Source of the DNA: a virus
Taxonomy: Duplodnaviria; Heunggongvirae; Uroviricota; Caudoviricetes
Direction: 5' to 3' (one strand)
IMG/VR virus record: IMGVR_UViG_3300027608_000011
Length of the DNA: 64,000 nucleotides
Position numbers and translations under genes: made by a program. Positions 1-10,363 of this stretch are shown here, in pieces. Under the pieces are notes generated by a model, which was not told the DNA's origin, ran no database searches, and was given only the letters and a program-made list of their open reading frames with translations. How positions within the stretch are numbered: position 1 is the first letter of the stretch; each line of letters starts with the position of its first letter.

Positions 1-1
1 T

Positions 2-589
2 ACTATCACTGCAACTAGAGCCGGTTATCCGACCCTAAGTAAAATTTTTAGTCTTAGCAAGAGTAAACAGGGAGCCGCAGGCTCGGCTGGCGCAACAGGT
101 GCAACAGGTGCAACAGGTACTAGTGGAGCGGCAGGGGCTCGCGGAACTATGCAATTTTACGTGGCATCTGCGGGTCTTGCGTCGTGGAGTGACACGTTAG
201 CTACAAATGCCACTGCCGGTTATGGCGGGAATAAAGTCAATGATACCGTAACTGAATATAACAGTAATGGTGGATTCAGTGAAACCAGATTCTGGAGCGG
301 AAGTGCATGGACTGCACCAGGCCAAGTTATTGATGGTAACTTATTGGTTACCGGCACAATTGGAGCGGCCAAAATTAGTGCTAACGCAATTACAGCAGAA
401 AAAATTGCTACGGATGCAATTACCGCTGATAAGATTAGTGCTGGTGCTATTACTGCCGCAAAGATGACAGTTAGCAATTTATCCGCAGTAAGTGCGGCGA
501 TGGGTACGTTAACATCTGGTAAAATACAAAGTGCAGATGGCAGTTTTGTAATTGATTTCACTAATAAGTACATTAACATTACAGTTTAA
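2..589 (+). CDS. C-terminal part of tail tip/central fibre protein (gpJ-like), 5'-truncated by the window
   Basis: The frame is open from nt 2 (TITATRAGYPTLSK...), upstream of the track's start at 149. It has a collagen-like G-X-Y run and ITAxKI repeats (DGNLLVTGTIGAAKISANAITAEKIATDAITADKI) typical of J-like proteins. Confidence 0.7.
   Translation, partial: TITATRAGYPTLSKIFSLSKSKQGAAGSAGATGATGATGTSGAAGARGTMQFYVASAGLASWSDTLATNATAGYGGNKVNDTVTEYNSNGGFSETRFWSGSAWTAPGQVIDGNLLVTGTIGAAKISANAITAEKIATDAITADKISAGAITAAKMTVSNLSAVSAAMGTLTSGKIQSADGSFVIDFTNKYINITV
71..148 (+). repeat. Collagen-like Gly-X-Y coding repeat (GAAGSAGATGATGATGTSGAAGARGT)
   Basis: Tandem (g)gcaacaggt 9-mers; Gly at every third codon. 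Confidence 0.85.
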
Positions 590-599
590 GGCAGATACA

Positions 600-1256
600 A
601 TGAATATTGAATTAGTCAACGGTCTGATAACAGACATAGCAACAAATTACTCCGCACACGATAAAGTCTATCTTAAAAACGATAGAGGTGATGCGGTAGT
701 AGTTGTCGAACAGCCAGCCGACGACGACTTTATTGCTACAATATATCCCACTGATGTATTACACCCAGGATTAGTACTTGATATTACCAGGGATGAAACA
801 AAATATATTAATGGCCGCCCTATTATAATATATTGCAAAGGTACAACAATGTACGATTTCAGTATACCATTAGGGTTTCAAATGGCCGCGCCATATTGCG
901 GCAGACCGTTTATACATAAAAAATGGGACTGCTTTACATTATTGAAAGACTATTATAAGCGTGAATTAAGCGTTGAAATGCCACCAGTTGAATATTTTGA
1001 TGAATGGTGGAACAAAGGTCAAGACTTTTATCACACTACTAGTGGCGTGGCAGGATTTTATCCTGTGACAGAATTAAAAGTTCATGATGTTATTGCTATG
1101 CGTGTTGGTAGTCAAGTATTCAATCATAGTGCAATATACTTGGGCGGCGATAAGATATTACATCATTTAGGTGGAAAATTTAGTTGTATAGAAACTATTC
1201 GTCCTGCATTTTTTAAATTTATGTATGGATATTATAGGCATAAGGATTTAGCATAA
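600..1256 (+). CDS. NlpC/P60-domain tail tip assembly protein (lambda gpK-like)
   Basis: WDCFTLLKDYY (catalytic Cys) and HSAIYLG...ILHH motifs. Likely ATG at 600. Confidence 0.75.
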   Translation: MNIELVNGLITDIATNYSAHDKVYLKNDRGDAVVVVEQPADDDFIATIYPTDVLHPGLVLDITRDETKYINGRPIIIYCKGTTMYDFSIPLGFQMAAPYCGRPFIHKKWDCFTLLKDYYKRELSVEMPPVEYFDEWWNKGQDFYHTTSGVAGFYPVTELKVHDVIAMRVGSQVFNHSAIYLGGDKILHHLGGKFSCIETIRPAFFKFMYGYYRHKDLA

Positions 1257-1257
1257 C

Positions 1258-2721
1258 ATGGCAAAAACAATGTTCATGGGCCGACACACCGACGGTAATG
1301 TATATACGTGCATTTATCAAGGTACGAACGGAACTGGCGCGAATGACTTAATAGTCAATCCGTTAAACAGGATAAATGATGTATTGTTTCACAGCAATTT
1401 TGCATACTTAAAATCAAATGTGGCATACAACGCTACTATTACATTGCCTATCAGAAGTCCCGGGTCAAGTAGCAGTAAGAAAAAAGGCCGCACCGTTGCA
1501 GTACCAGCATATGGCACTGCCGATTATACTATTAGCAACGCTGATGTCGTATCCAGCGGTGTTGCACCAAATTTATTAGCTATTGATAGTGGCACTAATA
1601 GAACTATCACTGGTACTATGGTTATACAACAGGTCAATTCTGACAATACAAGATATGTATCAGTAAGTGCAAATTCATCGGGTATATTTTTAACAGAACA
1701 ATATGTCACATACAGTGCCAGTTTACCAGCAATTACTTTATATATTAAAGTATATGTAATTAAAGACTCTGCTGAAATAACTGATGCTGGCCGAGCTGTT
1801 CGTATTGAACCCACTGTAGTTAAAATTGCACAAGGCGTGTTTAACAGTGACTTGGGATATGTTAAAGTAAAAAGTGGCGTCAGCCTAGGCGGCTCGGCTA
1901 GTTCATATGTAGAAACAAGTAATAATTATTTTGAAGAAAACGGCTCACTAAGACGAGTTTGGAAATATCGTGTCAAGAACAACACCGGAGTTGCACTCAA
2001 TGAAGCCAATATTGGATGGGACGCATTTGAAAGATATGACGGTACCAAAGAAGGACTGTGGGCAGAAGTCATTGGAGATATAACAGAATGGTACAATGCC
2101 AATGATGGGTGGACATACAAGCGAGGCGCACAAGTTGAAGATAATCATGACTACACTTATACCTACGACATGTGGTATCTTAAAAAATATACTAGCGGTG
2201 CAAATATTGGTCAATATTTAAATCCGGCGCTTGAAACCAGCTGGGTATTAAGTAAAACCTATAACAGAAATTCAAAATTAGGTATTGAAGATGTGGACTG
2301 GAAAGGTACCCCAGACAATGCTCACTTGGCTTATGCATACGGGCCCCCTAGTGCATTGGCTAGGTCGGGTTCAACTTATGGCTCAGCCAATGGCTCGGAT
2401 TTTGTTAACGTCAACGGTAGACCATTTCAGTGTGTGGCAATAACTGGCGTAAATGCCGGAAGACCATTCTCATATCAGTTACGTGGAATTATTGACAACG
2501 GAACGTTAACAAGAAGTTATCAAGTTTATAGAACCCGTACTGTACCAATCAACACTGGGCGAGCTGGCGCGGCCTTTGTTAACGGACCAACAATGAATAT
2601 TGTTAATACTCCGGGCGGAGTCAGCACTGGATTAGCATTCTATTATGATGGCATTCAAAACAATTATGGTGATATTGTTGGATATCCAAGTAATACACTG
2701 TTTGGAGCGGCATTTGTATGA
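1258..2721 (+). CDS. Putative virion/tail-associated protein
   Basis: 487 aa, rich in G/S/T/N/Y and beta-forming residues, in the tail operon. Confidence 0.5.
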   Translation: MAKTMFMGRHTDGNVYTCIYQGTNGTGANDLIVNPLNRINDVLFHSNFAYLKSNVAYNATITLPIRSPGSSSSKKKGRTVAVPAYGTADYTISNADVVSSGVAPNLLAIDSGTNRTITGTMVIQQVNSDNTRYVSVSANSSGIFLTEQYVTYSASLPAITLYIKVYVIKDSAEITDAGRAVRIEPTVVKIAQGVFNSDLGYVKVKSGVSLGGSASSYVETSNNYFEENGSLRRVWKYRVKNNTGVALNEANIGWDAFERYDGTKEGLWAEVIGDITEWYNANDGWTYKRGAQVEDNHDYTYTYDMWYLKKYTSGANIGQYLNPALETSWVLSKTYNRNSKLGIEDVDWKGTPDNAHLAYAYGPPSALARSGSTYGSANGSDFVNVNGRPFQCVAITGVNAGRPFSYQLRGIIDNGTLTRSYQVYRTRTVPINTGRAGAAFVNGPTMNIVNTPGGVSTGLAFYYDGIQNNYGDIVGYPSNTLFGAAFV

Positions 2722-3272
2722 CCTTTATCACTCAGAGTAATAGGATTTATATTACCAGTGGCTCTGGAGCCAGTGCAAAAGTTAAGTATGATACATATGA
2801 GCCACATCCGTTGGTGTATAGTAGAGTTACTGGGTCCATTAGTGTTTCAAATGCAGTAAGTTCATATTCATTTGGTATCCCTGGCAGGGAAGGCGGCGGA
2901 ACTGAAACAAGATATTCTGCCACTGGTATTGACAGTTTGACAACATTGTATACTGCTCCGGCTGGGGTGTCTATTGATTTTTGCATTAGCTCAATTATGT
3001 TAACAGCATCCAATGCCACAGGCGGTGTTGGTGCTTATTACTATTGGCAGTTGCCTGCAAATAGGTGGTTTAGTTCCAATGGTAGTACATTAATTGATCA
3101 GTCAATACAATCAAACGGAAAATTACAACGTGCAAGTCAACTAACAATATACACATCCAACAATGTGGTGTATCTAAGATTTGTTAGATCGATGTATAGC
3201 GATGACGTGAGTACTGCACATTATTATAACATATCTTACAATACATTAGTATGTAAGGTTAAAGAAACTTAA
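2718..3272 (+). CDS. Putative tail-associated protein
   Basis: ATGA-coupled to the previous ORF; S/T/G-rich. Confidence 0.45.
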   Translation: MTFITQSNRIYITSGSGASAKVKYDTYEPHPLVYSRVTGSISVSNAVSSYSFGIPGREGGGTETRYSATGIDSLTTLYTAPAGVSIDFCISSIMLTASNATGGVGAYYYWQLPANRWFSSNGSTLIDQSIQSNGKLQRASQLTIYTSNNVVYLRFVRSMYSDDVSTAHYYNISYNTLVCKVKET

Positions 3273-3282
3273 AGGAAGCATT

Positions 3283-3567
3283 ATGACTATCGAAATTAGA
3301 AAACTTGAAAATGATTTCATGAATAAGTTAACTGTAGCTACAGTTGATGTATTTGAAACTATCAGTGGCATACAACGACTGCGTGATACATTTGTTATTA
3401 AACTAGACGGTATTATGGATATCGGCGATGATTCGTTACCAGACGTAATTTACGGCAAACTTCATGACATTGGATACGAAATAGTAGTGCAGACTAATGC
3501 GCCATATACACCACCAGTTAACAGTAATCCTGCAAATGACGCAGACCCAATACCAGCCGGCGAATAA
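3283..3567 (+). CDS. Hypothetical protein
   Basis: 94-aa ORF with an AGGAAG ribosome-binding site upstream; coupled to the next gene. Confidence 0.6.
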   Translation: MTIEIRKLENDFMNKLTVATVDVFETISGIQRLRDTFVIKLDGIMDIGDDSLPDVIYGKLHDIGYEIVVQTNAPYTPPVNSNPANDADPIPAGE

Positions 3568-4487
3568 TGAAAACATACTTGTTACCTTGTAGATGTGATT
3601 ATACTCCGTTCTGGAAAAGTCTGTGTTCTTTATATGGCGGGAATATATTGGACCGAACAAATACATTAACATTTGGAGAGTTTAATTACAAAACACTAAC
3701 TCCAATTCCAGAGTTTGTTTCAATGTCTTCAACGTTTGAAGAGCTATGCGATAGACGTGCATATCAATTGGGTCGTGAAGCAGAAGCAAGGAATTGTAAA
3801 ATTAATCTAATGTGGAGCGGCGGCATAGATAGTACTACGGCCGCTGTATCTTTTTTAAAAGACCCTATTGCAAGACAACGATTAGTAATATTATTGCAAC
3901 CCAAAAGCATAGGAGAGTATCCTTTATTTTATGAGTTATTACAACAAGAAGGCGTGACTTGTAAATTAGTACAAGATGCCAAAAAATTATTAACATTACA
4001 AGATATTAACATAACTGGAGAAATTGGCGACCAGTTATTCGGTAGCGCGGCCTTTGAAGATGCAATGAGAGCAGGAAAATTATTCGGCGCCCCGGAAGAT
4101 TATTTTAGTCCTGAATTATTACAGGCATTAGAACCACAACGAGTCCATGCGCCGTATCCGTTAGAGCAAGTTAAAGATGTAATGTGGTGGCTTAACTTTT
4201 CAATGAAATATCAAAATGTACAATTAAGAATTTATCCCAGTGTAATGTTACCATGGGGCGGTATAACTCATTATTTTGATACTGATTATTTCCAATTGTG
4301 GAGTATGAATAATCCTGACAAAAAGATAAGAGATACGTTGGAAAGTTATAAATGGCCAGCTAAAGATTATATATACAATTACACAAAAGATACTTACTAT
4401 AGAGATAATAAACTCAAAGTTGGTAGCTTAAAAATAGGACCTATAAAATGTTCTATAGATGAAAATTTTAAATACGAGGTATGCTAA
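3567..4487 (+). CDS. Stand-alone asparagine-synthetase-like (PP-loop) ATP pyrophosphatase/amidoligase
   Basis: WSGGIDST PP-loop and TGEIGDQLFG motif; no glutaminase domain. Confidence 0.7.
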   Translation: MKTYLLPCRCDYTPFWKSLCSLYGGNILDRTNTLTFGEFNYKTLTPIPEFVSMSSTFEELCDRRAYQLGREAEARNCKINLMWSGGIDSTTAAVSFLKDPIARQRLVILLQPKSIGEYPLFYELLQQEGVTCKLVQDAKKLLTLQDINITGEIGDQLFGSAAFEDAMRAGKLFGAPEDYFSPELLQALEPQRVHAPYPLEQVKDVMWWLNFSMKYQNVQLRIYPSVMLPWGGITHYFDTDYFQLWSMNNPDKKIRDTLESYKWPAKDYIYNYTKDTYYRDNKLKVGSLKIGPIKCSIDENFKYEVC

Positions 4488-5710
4488 AAATGGCTCTTGC
4501 TCAAACTTATTTGCAATTTACCAAGGAGGTTTCCAGAGGAACTTCCAAATCTAATGCTGAAATACTATCTTTAATTAATGAGTTGGATCACACCAACGAA
4601 GATTATTTAGAACAGTTGACACGATTATTGGTTTTGCTAATTACAAAAAAACCTCTGGTAACCCCGATAGTTGCACTAGATAAAAATACCAATTGGATGC
4701 AATATATGAAATCCAATGGCATTGATACAAAAGGCAGTGCTATGGCAAACACTATAAAAATGTTAGATAAAAATCCAGTAAATGAATGGATAATAACAGC
4801 TTACGAAGATAACTGGGCCAATACAAGAATGTTAGTTAATTATATTAATGGACTAACAGGTAAAGATAAAGTACCATATATTCAGGTATTCTTAAGGTCA
4901 ATGTACAAGATTATACACAATGGTGAGAAATTAAAAACAGAAGAACAGTTAAGAGATATGCTTACTAGACCAGATCTAATCGATCAAGTGGTTGCGGCAA
5001 GCGTAAGATTATCAGGCTTAAAAGCTATTGGTGGCGAAACTACTACAAACCCATCCTATTACAGTTGGTTAACTCAAGACGGAAATACCGATTTTAGAGT
5101 ATTATCAGACGTAATACAATCTGCCGAAGTTGCATATGACTTAGGAGGCGGCTATTGTACACCTGCTTTATCATGGCAGTTTAATAAAAAATTAATAGGA
5201 CTAGATTTAATTGATCCAGCCGAAGCAAGAACTGATCCAGTGCCTATTAATATGACCGGTATGAGTGTAAACTTAGACGAATATTTTGATTTATTAGATC
5301 AGCACCCCTGGCAAGAATTTAATGTATTTTTGAACCACATTGACTCTAGTGCCAACAGTTATTTTATTACTAGCTTTGGATTTGTAAGTAGTACTGTTAG
5401 TGGTGCGTTTGCAAACAAAACATGGATTGATACTACATATTCTGCGGTCAAATGTATTGCTGAACTTATTGCGGCCGGCAAAGATGTTTATTTTATATTA
5501 TACGGAAGACCTACTGTACGTGTACAACAAAATAAAGTAATAGGTATGAGATTCAATAATTATGAATTGCTGGATACAGAAATTTATCAAGATCCGTTTA
5601 ACACTGATACCAGTGGATATAATTTTGGAACGACTAGTCAAATACGTAAGAATAGGCGTGGAAATTTAGATTATATTGGAAAAAATTTAGATTATATTGC
5701 AAAAACTTAA
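4481..5710 (+). CDS. Hypothetical protein, possible SAM-dependent methyltransferase-like C-terminal half
   Basis: AYDLGGG resembles motif I and is followed by LIGLD (acidic end of beta2). Confidence 0.35.
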   Translation: MLKMALAQTYLQFTKEVSRGTSKSNAEILSLINELDHTNEDYLEQLTRLLVLLITKKPLVTPIVALDKNTNWMQYMKSNGIDTKGSAMANTIKMLDKNPVNEWIITAYEDNWANTRMLVNYINGLTGKDKVPYIQVFLRSMYKIIHNGEKLKTEEQLRDMLTRPDLIDQVVAASVRLSGLKAIGGETTTNPSYYSWLTQDGNTDFRVLSDVIQSAEVAYDLGGGYCTPALSWQFNKKLIGLDLIDPAEARTDPVPINMTGMSVNLDEYFDLLDQHPWQEFNVFLNHIDSSANSYFITSFGFVSSTVSGAFANKTWIDTTYSAVKCIAELIAAGKDVYFILYGRPTVRVQQNKVIGMRFNNYELLDTEIYQDPFNTDTSGYNFGTTSQIRKNRRGNLDYIGKNLDYIAKT

Positions 5711-5722
5711 TCATAATTACGC

Positions 5723-5751
5723 TTGACAATTTATATCTAGTATGTTAATAT
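5723..5751 (+). promoter_or_regulatory. sigma70-type promoter
   Basis: TTGACA-17 nt-TAATAT upstream of the clamp loader gene. Confidence 0.6.
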
Positions 5752-5769
5752 TACATACTAGATATTTTT

Positions 5770-6729
5770 ATGAGTATAACAATGACAAACGAACGCACAG
5801 AACTTAAACAATTATGGGTTGAAAAATACCGTCCGTCCAAGATGGAAGATTATGTTTGGATTGACCAAAATCAAAAGAAGATGATTGAGGGATGGGTTAA
5901 GGAACGATATCTTCCACAGCTATTACTGAGTGGGGGTGCTGGCACAGGCAAAACTACATTAGCTAAAATTCTAATTAACGAACTTAAGGTTGAGCCAGCA
6001 GATGTGTTGATTATCAATGCTAGTCGAGATAACAACGTTGATACTGTTAGAAATAAAATTACTAACTTTGGTCAGACAATGCCGTTTGGAGATTTTAAAA
6101 TTATTCTACTCGACGAAGCAGATTACTTGAGTCCCAACGCACAGGCCGCGCTACGTGGAGTTATGGAACAATATGCTAATGTAGTTAGATTTATTATTAC
6201 TTGTAATTATCCTCAAAAGATTATCCCAGCATTGCACAGTCGTTGCCAAAGTTTTAATTTTAGAAACTTGGACGAAGACGACTTTCTTGCGTATGTGCTT
6301 AAAATCTTAGTATCGGAACAAATTAGTGCAGACGAAGAAACTATTAGATCTTTCATTAAAGCAAAGTATCCAGATCTACGTAAGACTATTAATACTATCC
6401 AACAATACAGTACTACTGGCACATTGATACTGCCCGCAGTAGAGGAAGATGATGGCAAAGATTATCGTTTAGAAATGGTTGCATTATTTAGACAGGGCAA
6501 AATTAAAGAAGCTAGGAATCTAATTTGTAGCCAAATTGGCCTAGACGAGTATGACGACATGTTCCGTTTTATGTATCGTAACTTGGACTTTTGGGGTAAC
6601 TCGGATGACCAAAAAGATAGCGCAATTGTTGTGATCAGGCAAGGTATCATTAACCACAGTATGTGTTCTGATCCTGAAATTAATCTGTCAGCAACATTTG
6701 TTGAGCTGGAACGAATCAGTAAGTCTTAG
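5770..6729 (+). CDS. Clamp loader AAA+ subunit (T4 gp44 / RFC small subunit-like)
   Basis: LWVEKYRP, Walker A GAGTGKTT, Walker B LDEAD, SRC motif. Confidence 0.92.
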   Translation: MSITMTNERTELKQLWVEKYRPSKMEDYVWIDQNQKKMIEGWVKERYLPQLLLSGGAGTGKTTLAKILINELKVEPADVLIINASRDNNVDTVRNKITNFGQTMPFGDFKIILLDEADYLSPNAQAALRGVMEQYANVVRFIITCNYPQKIIPALHSRCQSFNFRNLDEDDFLAYVLKILVSEQISADEETIRSFIKAKYPDLRKTINTIQQYSTTGTLILPAVEEDDGKDYRLEMVALFRQGKIKEARNLICSQIGLDEYDDMFRFMYRNLDFWGNSDDQKDSAIVVIRQGIINHSMCSDPEINLSATFVELERISKS

Positions 6730-6770
6730 TTGACCACAAGATCAAAAATACACATTGAGCAGTAGGGGTC

Positions 6771-6799
6771 TTGACTTTCATTATATACCATGTTATAAT
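6771..6799 (+). promoter_or_regulatory. sigma70-type promoter
   Basis: TTGACT-17 nt-TATAAT. Confidence 0.75.
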
Positions 6800-6805
6800 A
6801 TTTAT

Positions 6806-7399
6806 ATGAGCAAAATTATATTAACAGACGCAGACGGTGTAATTTTAGATTGGGAATTTGCATTTGACATTTGGATGCAACAACACGGATTCAACAAAAT
6901 TCAAGGCGGCGCACTAATCTATAATATTGGACGTCGATATGATATTGGCGAAGAGCAGGGTCGCAAACTAATTAAAATTTTTAATGAAAGTGCGGCCATT
7001 GGATTCTTGCCTGCCCTACGAGACAGTATGTATTATGTTAAGCGACTACACGAAGAACATGGATATGTATTCCATTGCATTACTTCACTAAGCAAAGACG
7101 AAAATGCACAAGAATTACGTAGGATGAATCTTAAAAAATTGTTTGGAAAAACAGCGTTTGATAAATTTATCTTCTTAGACACTGGCGCCGACAAAGACGA
7201 AGCGTTACTACCTTATAAGGATTCGGGACTGTGGTGGATTGAAGATAAAATAGATAATGCAAAGGTTGGTGCTGATCTTGGCTTAAAGAGTATATTAATG
7301 GAACATGGTCATAACATGGACAAGCCCAGTGATAAGTACATTACAGTTAAAAACTGGAAACATATCTATGAGCTAATAACTAATGATACACACAATTAA
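6806..7399 (+). CDS. HAD-superfamily phosphatase (5'-nucleotidase-like)
   Basis: LTDADGVILDW (DxDG) and IEDK motif IV. The real start is ATG 6806, after the promoter. Confidence 0.8.
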   Translation: MSKIILTDADGVILDWEFAFDIWMQQHGFNKIQGGALIYNIGRRYDIGEEQGRKLIKIFNESAAIGFLPALRDSMYYVKRLHEEHGYVFHCITSLSKDENAQELRRMNLKKLFGKTAFDKFIFLDTGADKDEALLPYKDSGLWWIEDKIDNAKVGADLGLKSILMEHGHNMDKPSDKYITVKNWKHIYELITNDTHN

Positions 7400-8171
7400 C
7401 AGTAAAGCATTTGCCACATTTGATCATTTAGTGGACTTAAAAGAACTTAACCGTTTAAAGGATACTACTTGTGCGGCATTTGCCAGTAACTACAGTAAAT
7501 TATTTCCAGCCGCAGTAGGCGATCCAATGAACTGGCCGGATGGTAGTGAACCATTTATACCACAAAATGAATACACTGAACTTAGCTATGCGCTATCTAA
7601 AAGTGCCAGAGATCCATTGGATCCTTTATACAAGTATGCAAACAAAATTGGCAAGGACAATTATACATTAGGATACGAATATATGAAACTAATGTCCAAT
7701 AGTCAAAGCATAGGTAGTTGTATGATGTTACGTTATATTAAAGGCACGTTGTACAAAGATAAAGCAAAACAAGAAGCTACAGAATATACGCCATGGTCTA
7801 AGGATTTCTTACCCATTTTGAGTTGGGTGCAAGATCAAAATATATTTAAAGATTGGGGTCGAGTAATTATATTTTACAACGACGAACATCAGGGTTGCGG
7901 GATACATCGTGATTATAGTCCTGACAAAAGACCAGAAAAGCCGGATCAGTTTATATGGATTAATTTATTTCCTGACCGCAAGCAGTTTTTTGTCTTAGAC
8001 GGTGCTACGGGAGACAAGCATTATATCAATGGCCAAACTGGAATGTTTGACACTAGCAATTGGCACGGAAGCGATAGCCATCCACTTGCGGCATTTAGCC
8101 TAAGAGTAGATGGCATCTTCAGTGACGAGTGGCTTGTAAAGACAAACCTATTAGGATTTTATTCTTCCTGA
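7383..8171 (+). CDS. Putative 2OG-Fe(II)/cupin oxygenase-like protein
   Basis: HxD (GIHRD) with a distal His (NWHGS) in a beta-rich C-terminal half. Confidence 0.5.
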   Translation: MIHTINSKAFATFDHLVDLKELNRLKDTTCAAFASNYSKLFPAAVGDPMNWPDGSEPFIPQNEYTELSYALSKSARDPLDPLYKYANKIGKDNYTLGYEYMKLMSNSQSIGSCMMLRYIKGTLYKDKAKQEATEYTPWSKDFLPILSWVQDQNIFKDWGRVIIFYNDEHQGCGIHRDYSPDKRPEKPDQFIWINLFPDRKQFFVLDGATGDKHYINGQTGMFDTSNWHGSDSHPLAAFSLRVDGIFSDEWLVKTNLLGFYSS

Positions 8172-8929
8172 TATATCCTTAATATTTCAGCAACAGCTGG
8201 GTGACGTTCAATTTCTTTATTTCCAAACTTGATCAATCCCAGCATAGGGCTGTCTATTTGTTCTAGTCGTTGAACAAAATCCCATAACCCGTTTTCTTCA
8301 TAGCCCCTATCGTGTTGGGCTAAATCTCCAGTTACAACTACTTTACTACGGTCCCCTATTCTTGTTAGCAACATTTTCATTTGACTTGGTGTTGCATTTT
8401 GCATTTCGTCGGCAAGGATAATCGCATCCTTGAATGTTCTACCGCGCATATAAGCTAAAGGGCATATTTCAATTGTCTTTTCCTCTAACATATAAGCAAG
8501 TGTTTTTACAGACCAGTACTCCTCGAAAACATCAAATATAGGGCGTGTCCATGGATCCATTTTTTGATTTAAATCTCCAGGTAAAAATCCATGCTGTTCG
8601 TCAACACTAACTGCTGGGCGAGTAATGACAATTCGCTTGCACCTTCCTGCTTTTAGTTCTTGAACCGCATATAAACAAGCTAACAGAGTTTTTCCTGTGC
8701 CTGCTGGTCCTAATGCTAGAACCACTGGTTTCTTTCGATTTTCTAATAGATCTACGTATTGCTCTTGCTTTAAGTTTCTTGGGAGGATCTCTACTTCTCT
8801 GTTTCGTTCCTTGCGATAAACATCTAACTCTATGACACCCTGTTGCTCTAACATGGGTTTTCTATTGCGTTTATTATTAGCCAAGTCTGACCTCCAATTT
8901 GTAACGGATACCAGCAAGGATGCCAGCAT
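8159..8929 (-). CDS. phoH: PhoH-like ATPase
   Basis: GPAGTGKT, GFLPG, RGRTF, DEMQN, GDLAQHD. The true start may lie downstream of 8929. Confidence 0.93.
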   Translation of the reverse strand: MLASLLVSVTNWRSDLANNKRNRKPMLEQQGVIELDVYRKERNREVEILPRNLKQEQYVDLLENRKKPVVLALGPAGTGKTLLACLYAVQELKAGRCKRIVITRPAVSVDEQHGFLPGDLNQKMDPWTRPIFDVFEEYWSVKTLAYMLEEKTIEICPLAYMRGRTFKDAIILADEMQNATPSQMKMLLTRIGDRSKVVVTGDLAQHDRGYEENGLWDFVQRLEQIDSPMLGLIKFGNKEIERHPAVAEILRIYQEE

Positions 8930-8986
8930 CCAATTGTATTTAAGCAGGTATCATTAACAGCTAACATGACATGTAATGAACTAGGA

Positions 8987-8992
8987 TAAATA
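8987..8992 (+). promoter_or_regulatory. T4-like late promoter box TAAATA (one of a set)
   Basis: TAAATA lies shortly upstream of starts at 8987, 15120, 17595, 21943, 22281, 26219, 29512 (full TATAAATA at 29510), 30301, 40049, 49211 and 61118, and on the minus strand at 17551-17556. Confidence 0.6.
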
Positions 8993-9017
8993 GAAATGTA
9001 TAATATTATGGATCAAA

Positions 9018-9617
9018 ATGGCTGAACAAACCCAACAAAAAGAAATAGACAAAAATCTAGATTATATTCTAGGTAGTAAAACTGTGCTAGATGTTTTAAT
9101 GGAATTTGAAAACATGCTAGACACTGTTAATCTGTACGCTTTTAAAAACTGGAAATTTGGAGAAATCGTCGATGGGCCACGCCTAAGTAGATATTGGGTA
9201 ACGTGTACATTAATGTATCCGTACAATTTAATGCCAGATCCAAGCGGAGCAGAGCGATTAACAAAGTATGATTGTCACGTAGAGTATAAAAAAGCAAAAT
9301 ACCTGGTACCTAAAAAAATTAAAACTCCAGATGATGTTGAAACAAATGAAAAGGGCGAGCGCAGGGCAAAAATAGAAGAAAGAAAAGTATGGTTAATAAC
9401 CATAGAAATGCCGCGAAGATTCATTGACGAAGAAACATTTGATACGTCAGCAGTTGATACCGACGAAGTTGATACCGAAGCAGTTGATGACGCTTATGAT
9501 CAAGGCTTAGACGGTGAAGAAGCAGTTAAAGGTCAGAGCCAAGCACCCGATCCAGCACAAGCTCAACAAGGGCCAGGAGAAGCAACTCAACAACAACAAC
9601 CGGGGCCGCCGCAATAA
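9018..9617 (+). CDS. Hypothetical phage protein (acidic, Q/P-rich tail)
   Basis: 199-aa ORF after a late box. Confidence 0.65.
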   Translation: MAEQTQQKEIDKNLDYILGSKTVLDVLMEFENMLDTVNLYAFKNWKFGEIVDGPRLSRYWVTCTLMYPYNLMPDPSGAERLTKYDCHVEYKKAKYLVPKKIKTPDDVETNEKGERRAKIEERKVWLITIEMPRRFIDEETFDTSAVDTDEVDTEAVDDAYDQGLDGEEAVKGQSQAPDPAQAQQGPGEATQQQQPGPPQ

Positions 9618-9619
9618 TC

Positions 9620-10141
9620 ATGAACAATTCTTTAATTTATAATCTAAGAGATAAAGTCAAGCAACTCACTGAGAGTTTATTTGAGGGCGACCTACATAAA
9701 ATGGTATTCCCTGTAATACTAGTAGATGCTTATAAACCAAAATTTGGTGACGAAAAACGAACAGTTGTTGTTAGCATAACGTGTAAAGAAGAAGGCGCGG
9801 CCAGTGATATGGTTGATTTCATTGACAAGGGCAATTATTCTATTCACGATACTGATTATAGTCCGGCGCCAGACTCTACTGGAAATTTCCTAGTGTTTAT
9901 CGAACTTAAACGCAATCGTAGTATGTTTGATACATTAAACACAATTTTAGCCGATGCCGGTAATATTACAAATATTACCGATTGGGAATTTATTCCTTAT
10001 ACACATACCAAAAAATATAAGTGGGAGAAAGAGCCTTTCGAAAGTACGGTGCCACAGATGCCTCACTTATATGCACACAATTTAGACGAAGCAGAGAGAG
10101 AAAAACTTAGAAAAAGAATTAAGTTTTTGCTAGACTATTAA
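9620..10141 (+). CDS. Hypothetical phage protein
   Basis: 173-aa ORF in the same operon. Confidence 0.65.
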   Translation: MNNSLIYNLRDKVKQLTESLFEGDLHKMVFPVILVDAYKPKFGDEKRTVVVSITCKEEGAASDMVDFIDKGNYSIHDTDYSPAPDSTGNFLVFIELKRNRSMFDTLNTILADAGNITNITDWEFIPYTHTKKYKWEKEPFESTVPQMPHLYAHNLDEAEREKLRKRIKFLLDY

Positions 10142-10362
10142 TGCCTAAAGAAGAGTTACTACAATTAGACGGACAGGTTGTTGATGTTTTACCCAACGCA
10201 ATGTTCAGGGTAAAACTGGAAAACGGGCATGTGCTTCTCGCAACTATCAACGGTAGGATGCGTAAAAATAATATTAATGTAAGTATGAATGATAGAGTGA
10301 CTGTGGAAATCAGTCCATATGATTTAAACAAAGGTAGAATTACGTATAGACGTAGGGGGTAA
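10141..10362 (+). CDS. infA: Translation initiation factor IF-1
   Basis: MPKEE...[17 protein letters not shown]...RMR.N.I.V...D.V.VE.SPYDL.KGRITYR. Confidence 0.95.
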   Translation: MPKEELLQLDGQVVDVLPNAMFRVKLENGHVLLATINGRMRKNNINVSMNDRVTVEISPYDLNKGRITYRRRG

Positions 10363-10363
10363 T

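Noticed and set aside
3567-4487. AsnB-like proteins as the missing QueC
   Set aside because: They share the SGGxDS loop but lack the QueC C-terminal Zn cysteine motif, have AsnB-type GExxDxLFG, and lie far from the dpdA cluster.
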